64,000 bases of DNA from Deferribacterales bacterium (GTDB taxonomy: Bacteria > Chrysiogenota > Deferribacteres > Deferribacterales > Geovibrionaceae), in NCBI GenBank assembly GCA_050253075.1, contig JBFWJS010000001.1, forward strand, positions 160,001 to 224,000, given 5' to 3'. The notes under the pieces are model-generated. The model ran no database searches. It was not told the DNA's origin and saw only the letters and a program-made list of their open reading frames with translations. Shown here in pieces: positions 1 to 9,697 of this stretch. Position 1 is the first letter of the stretch. Every line of letters starts with the position of its first letter. A program made the position numbers and the translations under genes.

Positions 1-136
1 CTGTGAGCGAGAGCTCGGGGAACATAACGAGGTCACAGCCGCTTGCCACGGCCTCTTTTATAATCTCAAAGTGTTTCTCTGCATTCTTCTCTACATTGCC
101 TAATATAGGGCTTGTCTGAGCAATGTGAACTTTCAT
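1..136 (-). CDS. carbon-nitrogen hydrolase (nitrilase family), 5' part; runs off the window edge
   Basis: Manual translation from ATG at 136: MKVHIAQTSPILGNVEKNAEKHFEIIKEAVASGCDLVMFPELSLT; FPEL catalytic-Glu motif. Confidence 0.85.
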   Translation of the reverse strand, partial: MKVHIAQTSPILGNVEKNAEKHFEIIKEAVASGCDLVMFPELSLT

Positions 137-226
137 AGGGTCAGCACCTTTTATATATTTAGCTATATTTTAAGCTAATTCATCGGATATTCCACCCGAT
201 TCATGCGAAGCTAGAGTTTCGTGAGG

Positions 227-294
227 GTTATTGCGAACCTTGTGAAGCAATCCTAGTTCTAAGATTGCCGCGTCGCAATGCTCCTCGCAATGAC
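227..294. repeat. GTC-tagged palindromic repeat, inverted pair (REP/REPIN-like)
   Basis: GTTATTGCGA..GCAATC spacer GATTGC..TCGCAATGAC; related copies at 5020, 20416, 29084, 36970, 37996, 38193. Confidence 0.8.
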
Positions 295-321
295 ATTTCC
301 AGCCATGCTTCTTCCTGAAGC

Positions 322-804
322 CTAGTCCTCTTGCCTTATGAATGTGCCTGACTTTCCGCCTGTTTTCTTCATCACACGGATGTCACCAATGACCATGTTC
401 TTATCCACGGCTTTGCACATGTCGTATATGGTGAGACCGGCGACAGAGACGCCTGTGAGGGCTTCCATCTCTACGCCTGTCTTGCCTGCCATCTTAACTT
501 TTACCTGAATATCTACTTTGGAATTTTCTTTGTCAGGGGTGAAATAGACATCCACGCCTGTTATCTGTAGCGGGTGACACATGGGGATGAGGTTATGTGT
601 CTGTTTGACTGCCATGACGGCTGCCACGCGCGCCACTTCAAATACGTTGCGCCCCTTTGCCATCTTTCCGTCTATCAGCAGCTGCAGCGTTTCGGGCGCC
701 ATGCTGATATAGCCTTCTGCAATCGCTTCTCGGACTGTCTCACCCTTTTCGGTGACGTCCACCATGCGGCTTCTCCCCTCTTCGTCAAAGTGTGTCAAAG
801 GCAT
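322..804 (-). CDS. moaC: cyclic pyranopterin monophosphate synthase MoaC
   Basis: LTHFD..MVDV, LIPMCHPL, TGVEMEAL, TIYDMCKAVD, GGKSG motifs. Confidence 0.97.
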   Translation of the reverse strand: MPLTHFDEEGRSRMVDVTEKGETVREAIAEGYISMAPETLQLLIDGKMAKGRNVFEVARVAAVMAVKQTHNLIPMCHPLQITGVDVYFTPDKENSKVDIQVKVKMAGKTGVEMEALTGVSVAGLTIYDMCKAVDKNMVIGDIRVMKKTGGKSGTFIRQED

Positions 805-825
805 GTTACTCTCCTGCCGTTTTGG

Positions 826-1581
826 CTAATGCGGGTAGTCTACGAGCATCTCTTCGGGGCGTTTCTGGCTGTGTACATAGTCCCATATGCTCCCGGAGCC
901 GCTCTTTATCTCATCTATGTTTGCGAAATTCTTATCAAGTATCAAAGTGTCGTAAGTCTCTGTACGCCCTCTGTATGTGCCGCCGACAAAGTCAGGCACG
1001 AGGATGGTTATCCTGTATTTGTTATAGGGCATCACGAGCATCTTCATATATATCAGCTCGATCAATTTCAGCATATCTTTCTGCAGCGGATTATCCTTCA
1101 GCGAAGGCACATGCTCGCCGTCTGCATTCACGGCACTGTAAAGGAGATAAACATCGTCACCCCTTTTAGCAGAGCTGAGGTAAAGGGCAGGTATAACCTT
1201 CTGTTTTTCGGCAAACCATGAAGACTGGACTGTGTCGTTGAACTGGTCGAGGAGTGTCTGTATATCTATCACGACCTTGCTTTCGGATTCGTTCCTCGTA
1301 ACATTCTCGCTGAATGAGACATACTTAGCATACACCCATGCAGCCGATTTGTTAAAAAGACGGATATGAAGCCAGTCCCCGTCCTGCTTTATTATTAATA
1401 CTTTTGAGTTTTTACTGAGTCTGGCCACAGCCTTACTGTCGAAAGAAGGCTCTTCATAGGCAAAGGTCTGGGTCACTGAAACATTCCCCATAACCTCGAC
1501 GATGTCTTCGAAATCGTCTTCTGCCAATGCGTTCACGGCAAAAAGTAATATAAGAGTTAATACCAGCAGTCTTTTAAACAT
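826..1581 (-). CDS. exported SH3-domain protein, function unknown
   Basis: Signal peptide (..AVNALA); SH3b-like segment KVLIIKQDGDWLHIR..AWVYAKYV; start overlaps ychF stop. Confidence 0.65.
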   Translation of the reverse strand: MFKRLLVLTLILLFAVNALAEDDFEDIVEVMGNVSVTQTFAYEEPSFDSKAVARLSKNSKVLIIKQDGDWLHIRLFNKSAAWVYAKYVSFSENVTRNESESKVVIDIQTLLDQFNDTVQSSWFAEKQKVIPALYLSSAKRGDDVYLLYSAVNADGEHVPSLKDNPLQKDMLKLIELIYMKMLVMPYNKYRITILVPDFVGGTYRGRTETYDTLILDKNFANIDEIKSGSGSIWDYVHSQKRPEEMLVDYPH

Positions 1582-2665
1582 TGAACCTAAAGTAGATTAT
1601 GTCTCCGTCCTGAACGATGTATTCTTTCCCTTCAAGCCTCATCTTACCGAGTTCCTTTGCTTTTGTCAGGGACTTTATCTCTTCGAAATCTGCGTATCCG
1701 ACAGTCTCCGCACGGATGAATCCACGCTCGATGTCAGAGTGTATCTTACCTGCTGCTTTCGCCGCAGTTGTACCTTTTGTAATGGTCCAAGCACGAACCT
1801 CTTTCTCGCCCGCTGTGAAGAATGTGATGAGCTCGAGCAGTTTATACCCCTGCTCTGTCATCTCTGCCAGACCTGACTTTTCCAGTCCGAGGTCTGCGAG
1901 GAATTCCCTCGCTTCTTCCTCTTCCAGCTCAGAGATCTCCTGCTCTATCTTTCCGCATATTTTAACGCAGACAGCGCCCTCTTTTGCGGCGTATTCACGT
2001 ACTTTTTTAGCGTAATCGTTATCTTCGAGGAGGTCTTCTTCCTCTACGTTCATAACGTACATCACAGGCTTTGCAGTGATGAACTGGTATTCGTACAGGT
2101 CTTTCACTATATCTTCATAGCCTTTGATCTCACGGATGAGTTTTCCCTCACCCACAGGTCCCTGAAGCTGTGTAAGCAGTTCGAGTTTTTTTATCTGCTC
2201 TTTATCGCCCCCTTTGGACGATTTCTTCAGACGCTCTACGGCACGGTCTATTATCTCCATGTCGCTGAGGAGCAGCTCTGTGTTGATGATCTCTATGTCA
2301 CGGATAGGGTCTACGGAGCCTTCGACGTGTGTAACTTCACCGTCGAAGCAGCGGACAACGTGTGCAACAGCGTCTACCTGACGGATGTTTGTCAGGAACT
2401 GGTTGCCGAGTCCTTCGCCTTTACTGGCGCCTTTTACAAGCCCTGCGATATCCACGAACTCTATTGTGGTGCGAACTACTGATTTTGGTTTTACATATTG
2501 GATGATGAAGTCCTGTCTGTCGTCCAGAACAGGTACGATGCCCGTGTTCGGGTCGATAGTACAGAAAGGATAGTTTGCACTGGCGGCTCCCGCCTTTGTA
2601 AGTGCGTTGAATATTGTGGATTTACCGACGTTTGGAAGCCCCACTATACCGCAGTTGAATCCCAT
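1574..2665 (-). CDS. ychF: ribosome-binding ATPase YchF
   Basis: GIVGLPNVGKST, NYPFCTIDPN, DIAGLVKGASKGEGLGNQFL, C-terminal FRFNV. Confidence 0.98.
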   Translation of the reverse strand: MGFNCGIVGLPNVGKSTIFNALTKAGAASANYPFCTIDPNTGIVPVLDDRQDFIIQYVKPKSVVRTTIEFVDIAGLVKGASKGEGLGNQFLTNIRQVDAVAHVVRCFDGEVTHVEGSVDPIRDIEIINTELLLSDMEIIDRAVERLKKSSKGGDKEQIKKLELLTQLQGPVGEGKLIREIKGYEDIVKDLYEYQFITAKPVMYVMNVEEEDLLEDNDYAKKVREYAAKEGAVCVKICGKIEQEISELEEEEAREFLADLGLEKSGLAEMTEQGYKLLELITFFTAGEKEVRAWTITKGTTAAKAAGKIHSDIERGFIRAETVGYADFEEIKSLTKAKELGKMRLEGKEYIVQDGDIIYFRFNV

Positions 2666-2759
2666 TTATGATGTCTCCGTTGTTTCAGAATTTTATGTTA
2701 GGGTACTCTACAGAAAAACATACCGTTTTTCCAGAGAAATGTACCATTTCAAAACACAA

Positions 2760-2882
2760 AAGACTAACTAGAAGCAAGCAGTACAAAGAAGATTTTATCT
2801 GACGAAGGCGAGCATACATACTAGTATGTGAGCCAAGCAGATGAAATCAGCATGAAGTAATGCGCGGCTTATAGATAGTCTT
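2760..2882. repeat. ~123-bp ERIC-like palindromic miniature element
   Basis: Terminal inverted repeats AAGACTAACTAGAAGC / GCTTATAGATAGTCTT (14/16); central perfect palindrome ACATACTAGTATGT at 2816-2829. Confidence 0.6.
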
Positions 2883-2911
2883 AAAAAAAAGGCGGTCATT
2901 TCTGACCGCCT
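2883..2911 (-). terminator. intrinsic terminator of hppA
   Basis: Minus strand AGGCGGTCA-GAAA-TGACCGCC followed by a T8 run. Confidence 0.9.
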
Positions 2912-2932
2912 GTTACTTTCGTTAATCTGCTC

Positions 2933-4966
2933 TTATATTATAAGAGGAGCGATGATAAGAGATACAATGGACATCAGCTTGATGAGAATGTTCATCGCCG
3001 GGCCTGATGTATCTTTGAATGGGTCACCTACAGTGTCGCCTGTAACAGTAGCTTTGTGCTGGTCAGAGCCTTTACCTGCACTGCCCCAGTCGCCTTTCTC
3101 TACAGCTTTTTTAGCATTGTCCCATGCACCGCCGGCGTTAGCCATAAGGAGCGCAAGAAGAACACCTGTAACTGTAGCACCTGCAAGCATACCGCCGAGA
3201 GCTTCTTTACCGAGAAGGAAGCCTACGACAACAGGAGCAAGAACTGCGATAACACCAGGAAGGATCATTTCTTTAAGTGCAGCACCTGTAGAGATATCCA
3301 CACATGTCTTAGGATCCGGCTTAGCGCCTGGCTTGCCTTCGAGAAGACCCGGGATCTCACGGAACTGACGACGAATCTCTTCAACCATCTGCTCAGCAGC
3401 CTTACCAACGGATGTCATTGTAAGAGCGCCTACGAGGAATGGGAGGAAACCGCCTATGAAAAGACCGATAACAACAGTAGGAGTTGTTATGTCGATTGTT
3501 GTAACTTTAGCACTGGAGCTGTAAGCAGCGAAAAGTGCAAGAGCTGTAAGAGCAGCAGAACCGATAGCGAAACCTTTACCGACAGCAGCAGTAGTGTTAC
3601 CGATTGCGTCGAGGTTGTCTGTGATCTTACGAACATCAGGGCCGAGTTCAGCCATTTCAGAGATACCGCCTGCGTTGTCAGCAATAGGTCCGTATGCGTC
3701 AACAGTCATTGTAACACCGACTGTAGCAAGCATACCGACAGCAGCGATACCGATACCGTAGAGACCTGCTGTGTAGTTAGCTACATAGATACCCACACAG
3801 ATGAGTATGATAGGAGCAACAACAGACTCGAGACCAACAGCGAAACCTGTGATGATGTTTGTAGCCGGTCCGGTTACGGATGCTTCAACGATTCTCTTAA
3901 CAGGGCCTGCAGCAGTGTAGTACTCTGTTACGAGACCTACAAGGATACCTACGAAACAACCTGCAAGAAGTGCCCAGAAAACGCCTGAAGTAACGCCTAC
4001 GGATGTGATAACAAAGTAAGCGGCAACAAGGAAAAGTCCGGCACCGATATATGTAGAGTTACGCAGAGCAGCAGCAGGCTCGGAGTTCTTCAGGAGCTTC
4101 ATAGAGAAAACACCGATGATAGAAGAAACAAGACCTACAACAGCGAGGAATACAGGGAGGAACATAAGTGTTCCTGTGAATCCCGGTGTAGGAATGCCTG
4201 TTGCAGAGAGCTTCGCCAGAAGCATAGGAGAAGCTGTAGCTGCGATTGTAAGTGTAGCGATGATAGAACCAACGTATGATTCGAAGATGTCCGCACCCAT
4301 ACCTGCGATGTCACCAACGTTGTCACCAACGTTATCAGCGATAACACCGGGGTTTCTAGGGTCGTCTTCAGGAATACCTGCTTCTACTTTACCGACAAGG
4401 TCAGCACCAACGTCAGCAGCTTTTGTATAGATACCGCCGCCCACTCTTGCGAAAAGAGCGATAGAGGAAGCACCCATTGCGAATCCGTTGATGTATTTAG
4501 CTGTTTCAGGCTTGCCGAAGATGATGAAAAGTACACCGACTCCGAGAAGACCAAGTGAAGCAACAGCAAGACCCATAACCGCACCACCGTTATAAGAAAC
4601 GGAGAGAGCAGCAGCAAGTCCGCCTGTTCTGGCAGCTTCGGATGTTCTAACGTTAGCTCTTGTAGCTGACTTCATACCGAAGAAACCTGCAAGGATAGAG
4701 CATATAGCACCACCAAGGAAAGAAAGTGCTGTGTATAAACCAAGGTCCTTTGCAAAAAACATAAGTACGAAAACTATAGCTATAAATACTGCAAGAACTT
4801 TGTACTCACGGCCGAGGAAGGCCATAGCACCGTCGTGAATCTGGTCTGAGATCTCTCTCATTTTCTCGCTGCCGACGGGCTGCTTTACAACGCCAGTGTA
4901 GATAACAAAGGCGATAGCAAGTCCGATCACACCAAGCACAGGCGCGAGATAAGACAAGTTAGTCAT
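2933..4966 (-). CDS. hppA: membrane-bound K+-dependent pyrophosphatase, probably Na+-translocating
   Basis: [49 protein letters not shown] motifs; many TM helices. Confidence 0.96.
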   Translation of the reverse strand: MTNLSYLAPVLGVIGLAIAFVIYTGVVKQPVGSEKMREISDQIHDGAMAFLGREYKVLAVFIAIVFVLMFFAKDLGLYTALSFLGGAICSILAGFFGMKSATRANVRTSEAARTGGLAAALSVSYNGGAVMGLAVASLGLLGVGVLFIIFGKPETAKYINGFAMGASSIALFARVGGGIYTKAADVGADLVGKVEAGIPEDDPRNPGVIADNVGDNVGDIAGMGADIFESYVGSIIATLTIAATASPMLLAKLSATGIPTPGFTGTLMFLPVFLAVVGLVSSIIGVFSMKLLKNSEPAAALRNSTYIGAGLFLVAAYFVITSVGVTSGVFWALLAGCFVGILVGLVTEYYTAAGPVKRIVEASVTGPATNIITGFAVGLESVVAPIILICVGIYVANYTAGLYGIGIAAVGMLATVGVTMTVDAYGPIADNAGGISEMAELGPDVRKITDNLDAIGNTTAAVGKGFAIGSAALTALALFAAYSSSAKVTTIDITTPTVVIGLFIGGFLPFLVGALTMTSVGKAAEQMVEEIRRQFREIPGLLEGKPGAKPDPKTCVDISTGAALKEMILPGVIAVLAPVVVGFLLGKEALGGMLAGATVTGVLLALLMANAGGAWDNAKKAVEKGDWGSAGKGSDQHKATVTGDTVGDPFKDTSGPAMNILIKLMSIVSLIIAPLII

Positions 4967-5019
4967 TATAAATTCCTCCTATGGAAACTTTTATCATTAA
5001 GCATTCGGGAAAAAGCAGA

Positions 5020-5047
5020 TGTCATTCTGAACATAGTGAAGAATCTG
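5020..5047. repeat. single GTC-tagged hairpin unit
   Basis: TGTCATTCTGAACATAGTGAAGAATCTG, nearly identical to the unit at 29084. Confidence 0.7.
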
Positions 5048-5089
5048 CAAAAACATTTCCTTCGCAAAAAAGCTCAGTATGACCAAACC

Positions 5090-5704
5090 TTATTCCGACT
5101 GCTCGTTTTCTCCATCTTTCTGCGGAGCCTTTTCGGGCTCTTTCGGGGTCTTTTTACTATTAAAGGAGTTCATCGCAGGACGCACCCCTTCATTAATACA
5201 GCAAACTACAGCTTTTACACCAATATCGATGAATTCGTCAAGTTTTTCAGCCTCTTCGGGTGAAAATTTTCCTAAAACATGCCCAACGGTGTCTCTGAGT
5301 CCGTCTTTGCCTATCCCCATCTTCAGCCTGACAAAATCTTTATCGCCAAGCATCTGTATCATAGAGCGTATGCCCTTATGACCGCCGTCGTTTCCGCCCT
5401 TTTTCAGCTTCATCCTGCCGAACTCTATGTCCATCTCGTCGTGAACGGCGATGATGTCCTCAACGTCTATTTTATAATAGGCGGCGAGCGGCTGTACGGA
5501 TTCACCCGACAGGTTCATATAAGTAAATGGTTTGAGAATATAATGTTTCTCGCCGTTTAAGAAGAACTCCGCATAGATACCCTTAAAGCCTTCTTTAAAG
5601 GATGCGGAATACTCATAGGCGAGCCTGTCTGCAACCATAAACCCCAGATTGTGCCTTGTCCGGTCGTATTTCTCGCCCGGGTTTCCAAGACCGACGATCA
5701 GCAC
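5090..5704 (-). CDS. pth: peptidyl-tRNA hydrolase
   Basis: LIVGLGNPG, TRHNLGF, KPFTYMNLSG, GGHKGIRS. Confidence 0.97.
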   Translation of the reverse strand: MLIVGLGNPGEKYDRTRHNLGFMVADRLAYEYSASFKEGFKGIYAEFFLNGEKHYILKPFTYMNLSGESVQPLAAYYKIDVEDIIAVHDEMDIEFGRMKLKKGGNDGGHKGIRSMIQMLGDKDFVRLKMGIGKDGLRDTVGHVLGKFSPEEAEKLDEFIDIGVKAVVCCINEGVRPAMNSFNSKKTPKEPEKAPQKDGENEQSE

Positions 5705-5707
5705 TTC

Positions 5708-6655
5708 TTAAACGTGACCTTTTACGAAGAGTGAGCTGATGGACTCTTTCTGGTATATCCTTGTGATAGCTTCGGCAAAGAGAGGAGCTACGGAAAGCAC
5801 CTTGATCTTGCTTACTTCGCTTTCAAAAGGGATAGAGTCTGTCACGATCACCTCTTTCAGAGGGGATTCAAGGATGCGCTCGATAGCAGGGCCGGAAAGA
5901 ACACCGTGCGCAGCACAGGCATAAACCTCAAGTGCGCCGTGGTCTATACAGGCTTTGGCAGCCTGTGTCAGGGTTCCTGCCGTATCTATCATGTCATCGA
6001 TAAGGATGACTTTTTTATCTTTTACATCACCGATAACGTGCATAGCCTGTGCGACATTGGCTTTCTCACGTCTTTTATCCACGATGGCGAGTGTTGTATC
6101 GAGGAGCTTGCTGTATGCTCTGGCTCTTGCCACACCGCCTGCATCAGGGGAAACAACTACGAATTCCTCGCCGAACATTCCCTTCTCTCTGAAGTAAACT
6201 TCGAAAACAGGTGAAGAGTAAAGGTTGTCCACAGGGATATCAAAGAAGCCCTGAATCTGTCCTGCGTGGAGGTTCATAGTAACTACTCTGTCTATACCCG
6301 ACTCTGTGAGCAGGTTAGCAACGAGCTTCGCCGTGATAGGCACTCGTGGTTCGCTTGTCCTGTCCTGACGTGCATAGCCGAAGTAAGGCATGATGGCTGT
6401 CACGCTGTTTGCAGATGCTCTTTTAAGGGCGTCTGTCATGATCATCATCTCGATGAGATGCTCTTCTGCAGGAGCACATGTAGACTGGATAAGGAAGACA
6501 TCGCGTCCCCTAACACTCTCATTGATACGAACGAAGATCTCTCCGTCGCTGAATTTACGCACATCTGCGTCTCCGAGTCTCATGCCAAGCTTTGAGACTA
6601 TGTTCTGTGCAAGTTTTTTGTTAGAGGTCCCTGCGAACACAAGATAATCCATCAC
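5708..6655 (-). CDS. prs: ribose-phosphate pyrophosphokinase
   Basis: FSDGE, PYFGYARQDR, VSPDAGGV, DDMIDTAGT. Confidence 0.98.
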   Translation of the reverse strand: MMDYLVFAGTSNKKLAQNIVSKLGMRLGDADVRKFSDGEIFVRINESVRGRDVFLIQSTCAPAEEHLIEMMIMTDALKRASANSVTAIMPYFGYARQDRTSEPRVPITAKLVANLLTESGIDRVVTMNLHAGQIQGFFDIPVDNLYSSPVFEVYFREKGMFGEEFVVVSPDAGGVARARAYSKLLDTTLAIVDKRREKANVAQAMHVIGDVKDKKVILIDDMIDTAGTLTQAAKACIDHGALEVYACAAHGVLSGPAIERILESPLKEVIVTDSIPFESEVSKIKVLSVAPLFAEAITRIYQKESISSLFVKGHV

Positions 6656-6667
6656 ATACTCCTGTTG

Positions 6668-7513
6668 TTATTGTATTAATTCTGTTTTGTACACGCCCCA
6701 AGCAGGGTGTGTCTTATTTATTTTTTCTGCGGCGTGGTCTGCCGCCTCGTCATCTCTGAAAATGCCGAAAACAGTGGCTCCGCTTCCGCTCATAAGGGAA
6801 AAGTCGGCCCCCGCGTCCAAAAGCGCGTCCTTCGCCTCCTTCACGACGGGGTAAAGCTGAAAGACAGCCTCTTCCATCCCGTTGAAAAGGATTTCGCCAT
6901 ATTCATTGTAGTCTGATATGTGGCGCATTCTATTAACTTCTGTACTGTCAGTCAACGTTAAATTTCCCGATGTAAATATCTGCCCCGTAGGCACATGCAC
7001 AGAGGGATTCACAAGGAGCACCCTGCACTCGGGTAAAGCTCCGTACGGAGTGAGTATCTCGCCACGCCCCCTGCCGACCATAGGCTCGTCATGCAGAAAG
7101 AACGCAGTGTCCGAGCCGACCCTTGCCATGATGTCTGTCATGGTATGCATATCCATCTCAATCCCTGTCAGCTCGCAGACACCTTTAAGGTACGCAGCGG
7201 CATTACCGCTCCCCCCTCCGAGTCCGCCCCCGTCGGGGATGTTCTTTATCAGCTCTATTTCAAAGTTCTCTCCCACGCCGTATTCCGTGCGTAGTATATT
7301 GTGTACTTTATTTATGATGTTGCTGTCGTCTGTGGGGATGCCTGCCTTGTCGCAGATTATTTTCTGCTCGGCAGATTTCTTTATGTGCAGAGTATCATGT
7401 ATGGATATTTTCGCAAAAAGAGTGAAGAGCTCGTGGAAGCCGTCTGACCGCTTCCCGAGTATATGGAGGAAGATGTTTATCTTTCCGTAGCTTTTCAGGC
7501 TGAGCTCGTTCAT
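6668..7513 (-). CDS. ispE: 4-diphosphocytidyl-2-C-methyl-D-erythritol kinase
   Basis: GKINIFL, KNIPDGGGLGGGSGNAA, GSD, MSGSGATVFG. Confidence 0.96.
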   Translation of the reverse strand: MNELSLKSYGKINIFLHILGKRSDGFHELFTLFAKISIHDTLHIKKSAEQKIICDKAGIPTDDSNIINKVHNILRTEYGVGENFEIELIKNIPDGGGLGGGSGNAAAYLKGVCELTGIEMDMHTMTDIMARVGSDTAFFLHDEPMVGRGRGEILTPYGALPECRVLLVNPSVHVPTGQIFTSGNLTLTDSTEVNRMRHISDYNEYGEILFNGMEEAVFQLYPVVKEAKDALLDAGADFSLMSGSGATVFGIFRDDEAADHAAEKINKTHPAWGVYKTELIQ

Positions 7514-8127
7514 CGGAGCTTTATCTCCAGCGTCATGCCGTCGCCCGTGTATGTCAGTCCGTTAAGTGTGTCTTCCTCATAGCTGTATGCAAAGGATTCT
7601 TCGCCGAAGCTGATCCTGCGTATGAGGTAATCCGCCCCCGCAGCAACAGTCACCAAGCCCTTCGTCAGGATGAATTCGTCGCCGACAGCCTTCTTTTTAA
7701 AGCTGTTGTCCACCTTTACATGGGGGTATCTGATTAGGGATATCATGCTGTCCAGCCCTTTGGAGCGCATGAAGTAGGCTATCTCGAGGCTGACGTCCTC
7801 GTCTTTTTTAAACGCCTGAACCTCGCCGTCCATATATGTGACGTCGTAGGCAACAGTATTAAAAAGTCCGAGTATCTTAAGTTTGAAATTATCAGAACAG
7901 TCTTTGTCCAGATATCCTTTAAAGCGGACATCGTCTTCGCCCTTTTGGTAAACGACGCTCACACGCCCTTTATAGGAGCATGTCGCCTCATTTTTTGCGG
8001 ATATCTTCTGAGCGAGGTCGTCGGGAACATACATGATGACCCCTTTGGGAGTACAGGCACTGAGCACAAGGAGTGCGGCAGTCAGGAATATATATAGGCT
8101 ATTTCGCCTGAATGAAGTCATCGACAC
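7510..8127 (-). CDS. lipoprotein, LolB-like by position and size
   Basis: Lipobox LSAC; beta-rich 205 aa; lies between a TPR gene and ispE, the usual lolB position. Confidence 0.55.
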   Translation of the reverse strand: MSMTSFRRNSLYIFLTAALLVLSACTPKGVIMYVPDDLAQKISAKNEATCSYKGRVSVVYQKGEDDVRFKGYLDKDCSDNFKLKILGLFNTVAYDVTYMDGEVQAFKKDEDVSLEIAYFMRSKGLDSMISLIRYPHVKVDNSFKKKAVGDEFILTKGLVTVAAGADYLIRRISFGEESFAYSYEEDTLNGLTYTGDGMTLEIKLR

Positions 8128-9697
8128 TCTTTTCCAGTCCGAGTTTATTTATGATAGCTTCCATATGGCCTCTGATCTCGTCCTCTTCAGGTGCGAGGTT
8201 CAGCGCCTTTTTCTGGTATTCGAATGCATCTTTATATTTGCCCTGCTGATAAAACACCCACGCCATGCTGTCGAGATATGCAGCTTCCTGCGGCTTCTGC
8301 TTCAGAGCTTTTGATATCATCTTTTCCGCTTCTTTCAGGTTTATCCCCTGCTCGGCATACAGATATCCGAGGAAGTTCAGCAGAGACGCATCATCAGGGT
8401 AGTATTTCATACCGTTTTTGATAACGTCTGCGGCCCTTGATTTCTCCCCCTGCTTATCTACGGCGAGGGCGAGGTCTATATACAGCTTCACTTCTGCGGG
8501 GTTCAGCTTTACAGCTTCGGTGAGGAGCGTTTCGGCTTTCTTAAACTCTTTCATGTCTGTGAGAGCCTGTGCAGATATGCGGTAATAGTCGACATCCTTA
8601 TACACATCCTCCACCTGGCTGATGGTGTCGAGTGCAGTGTCGGGGTTCCCCTGACGGATGTTTATGATAGCCAGCCTTTTTCTTGCCTCTGCGAAGTCGG
8701 GTCGGTTCTTCAGTATCTCTTCGTACCAGCCCTTTGCAGTGTCCAGCTCGGATACGGACTCTGCCAGCAGAGCCAGAGAAAATGCTGTCTGTGTGTCGTT
8801 GTTTATCTCATAGGCGAGAGAGAAGTATTCCTCTACCTTTTCGTTGTCTTTTTCATCCAGCGCCATTTTGGCAAGCTGTTTATAAACGTATAGCCTTTCA
8901 GTATCATTCAGCACATCCACTATGCTGAGAAAATAGTTTTCCGCCTCGTCCCTTTTCCCCATCTTGCCCAGCAGGACAGCTATTCTGAACTTTGCGATGG
9001 TCATGTCGGGGCTGGTCTCCAGAACCATACGGAGGTATTTGATAGCCTCTGTGTCATTGTTCTGATCCATGTAATAGTCCGCCAGCTTCGCCGCAGCGGT
9101 GAAGTTTCCGTCCAGCTCGGCTGCTGCACGGTAGTCGTCAATAGCCTCTTTCTGCAGTCCGAGTTTTTCAAAGTTTCTTGCACGCTGAACGTAATAGTCA
9201 GACTTTTTATCTATATCGATGAGTGTGCCGTAGATGTTTATGGCACTGTTATAATCTTTTTTCTGAGAATATGCTCTGGCCTCTGCCTCGGCATATATAG
9301 GGTTTCCCGAGAGCTTGTAAGCCTTGCGGAAGAGTTCGAATGATTTGTCTATGGTGGTTTCGTCCATGCGGTAGACATCCGCCAGTGCTCCGATGAGCAT
9401 GTAGGACTTAGGGAGCTTTCTCACCGCTCTTTCAAGGGTGAACTTCACCATCTCGTTATCTTCGAGCTGGCTGTATATGTCTGCGAGCTTAACGTATATA
9501 TACTCGTCGTCCACAGACTCGAGAACGGCCTCCAGCAGTTTGGAGGCCTCCTCAAAATTTCCATCCTGCTCATACAGTGATGCTTTGATATACGCTGAAT
9601 CAACGGATTGACCCTGTGTAAGGAATCCGGCAGCGCCGGCGTCGGTTAAAAACATAGAAGCCAGAAGCAAAACTATAAGAAGCGGGGTTTTTCTCAT
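8099..9697 (-). CDS. exported tetratricopeptide-repeat protein
   Basis: Signal peptide; many TPR-like helices; [14 protein letters not shown] end motif typical of TPR genes upstream of lolB/ispE. Confidence 0.88.
   Translation of the reverse strand: MRKTPLLIVLLLASMFLTDAGAAGFLTQGQSVDSAYIKASLYEQDGNFEEASKLLEAVLESVDDEYIYVKLADIYSQLEDNEMVKFTLERAVRKLPKSYMLIGALADVYRMDETTIDKSFELFRKAYKLSGNPIYAEAEARAYSQKKDYNSAINIYGTLIDIDKKSDYYVQRARNFEKLGLQKEAIDDYRAAAELDGNFTAAAKLADYYMDQNNDTEAIKYLRMVLETSPDMTIAKFRIAVLLGKMGKRDEAENYFLSIVDVLNDTERLYVYKQLAKMALDEKDNEKVEEYFSLAYEINNDTQTAFSLALLAESVSELDTAKGWYEEILKNRPDFAEARKRLAIINIRQGNPDTALDTISQVEDVYKDVDYYRISAQALTDMKEFKKAETLLTEAVKLNPAEVKLYIDLALAVDKQGEKSRAADVIKNGMKYYPDDASLLNFLGYLYAEQGINLKEAEKMISKALKQKPQEAAYLDSMAWVFYQQGKYKDAFEYQKKALNLAPEEDEIRGHMEAIINKLGLEKSVDDFIQAK

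Noticed and set aside
3056..3988. 310-aa plus-strand ORF antisense to hppA; similar long antisense ORFs at 9748-11112, 17326-18369 and 58395-59129
   Set aside because: Fully overlap well-conserved genes, carry no recognisable motifs, and are expected shadows of codon bias.
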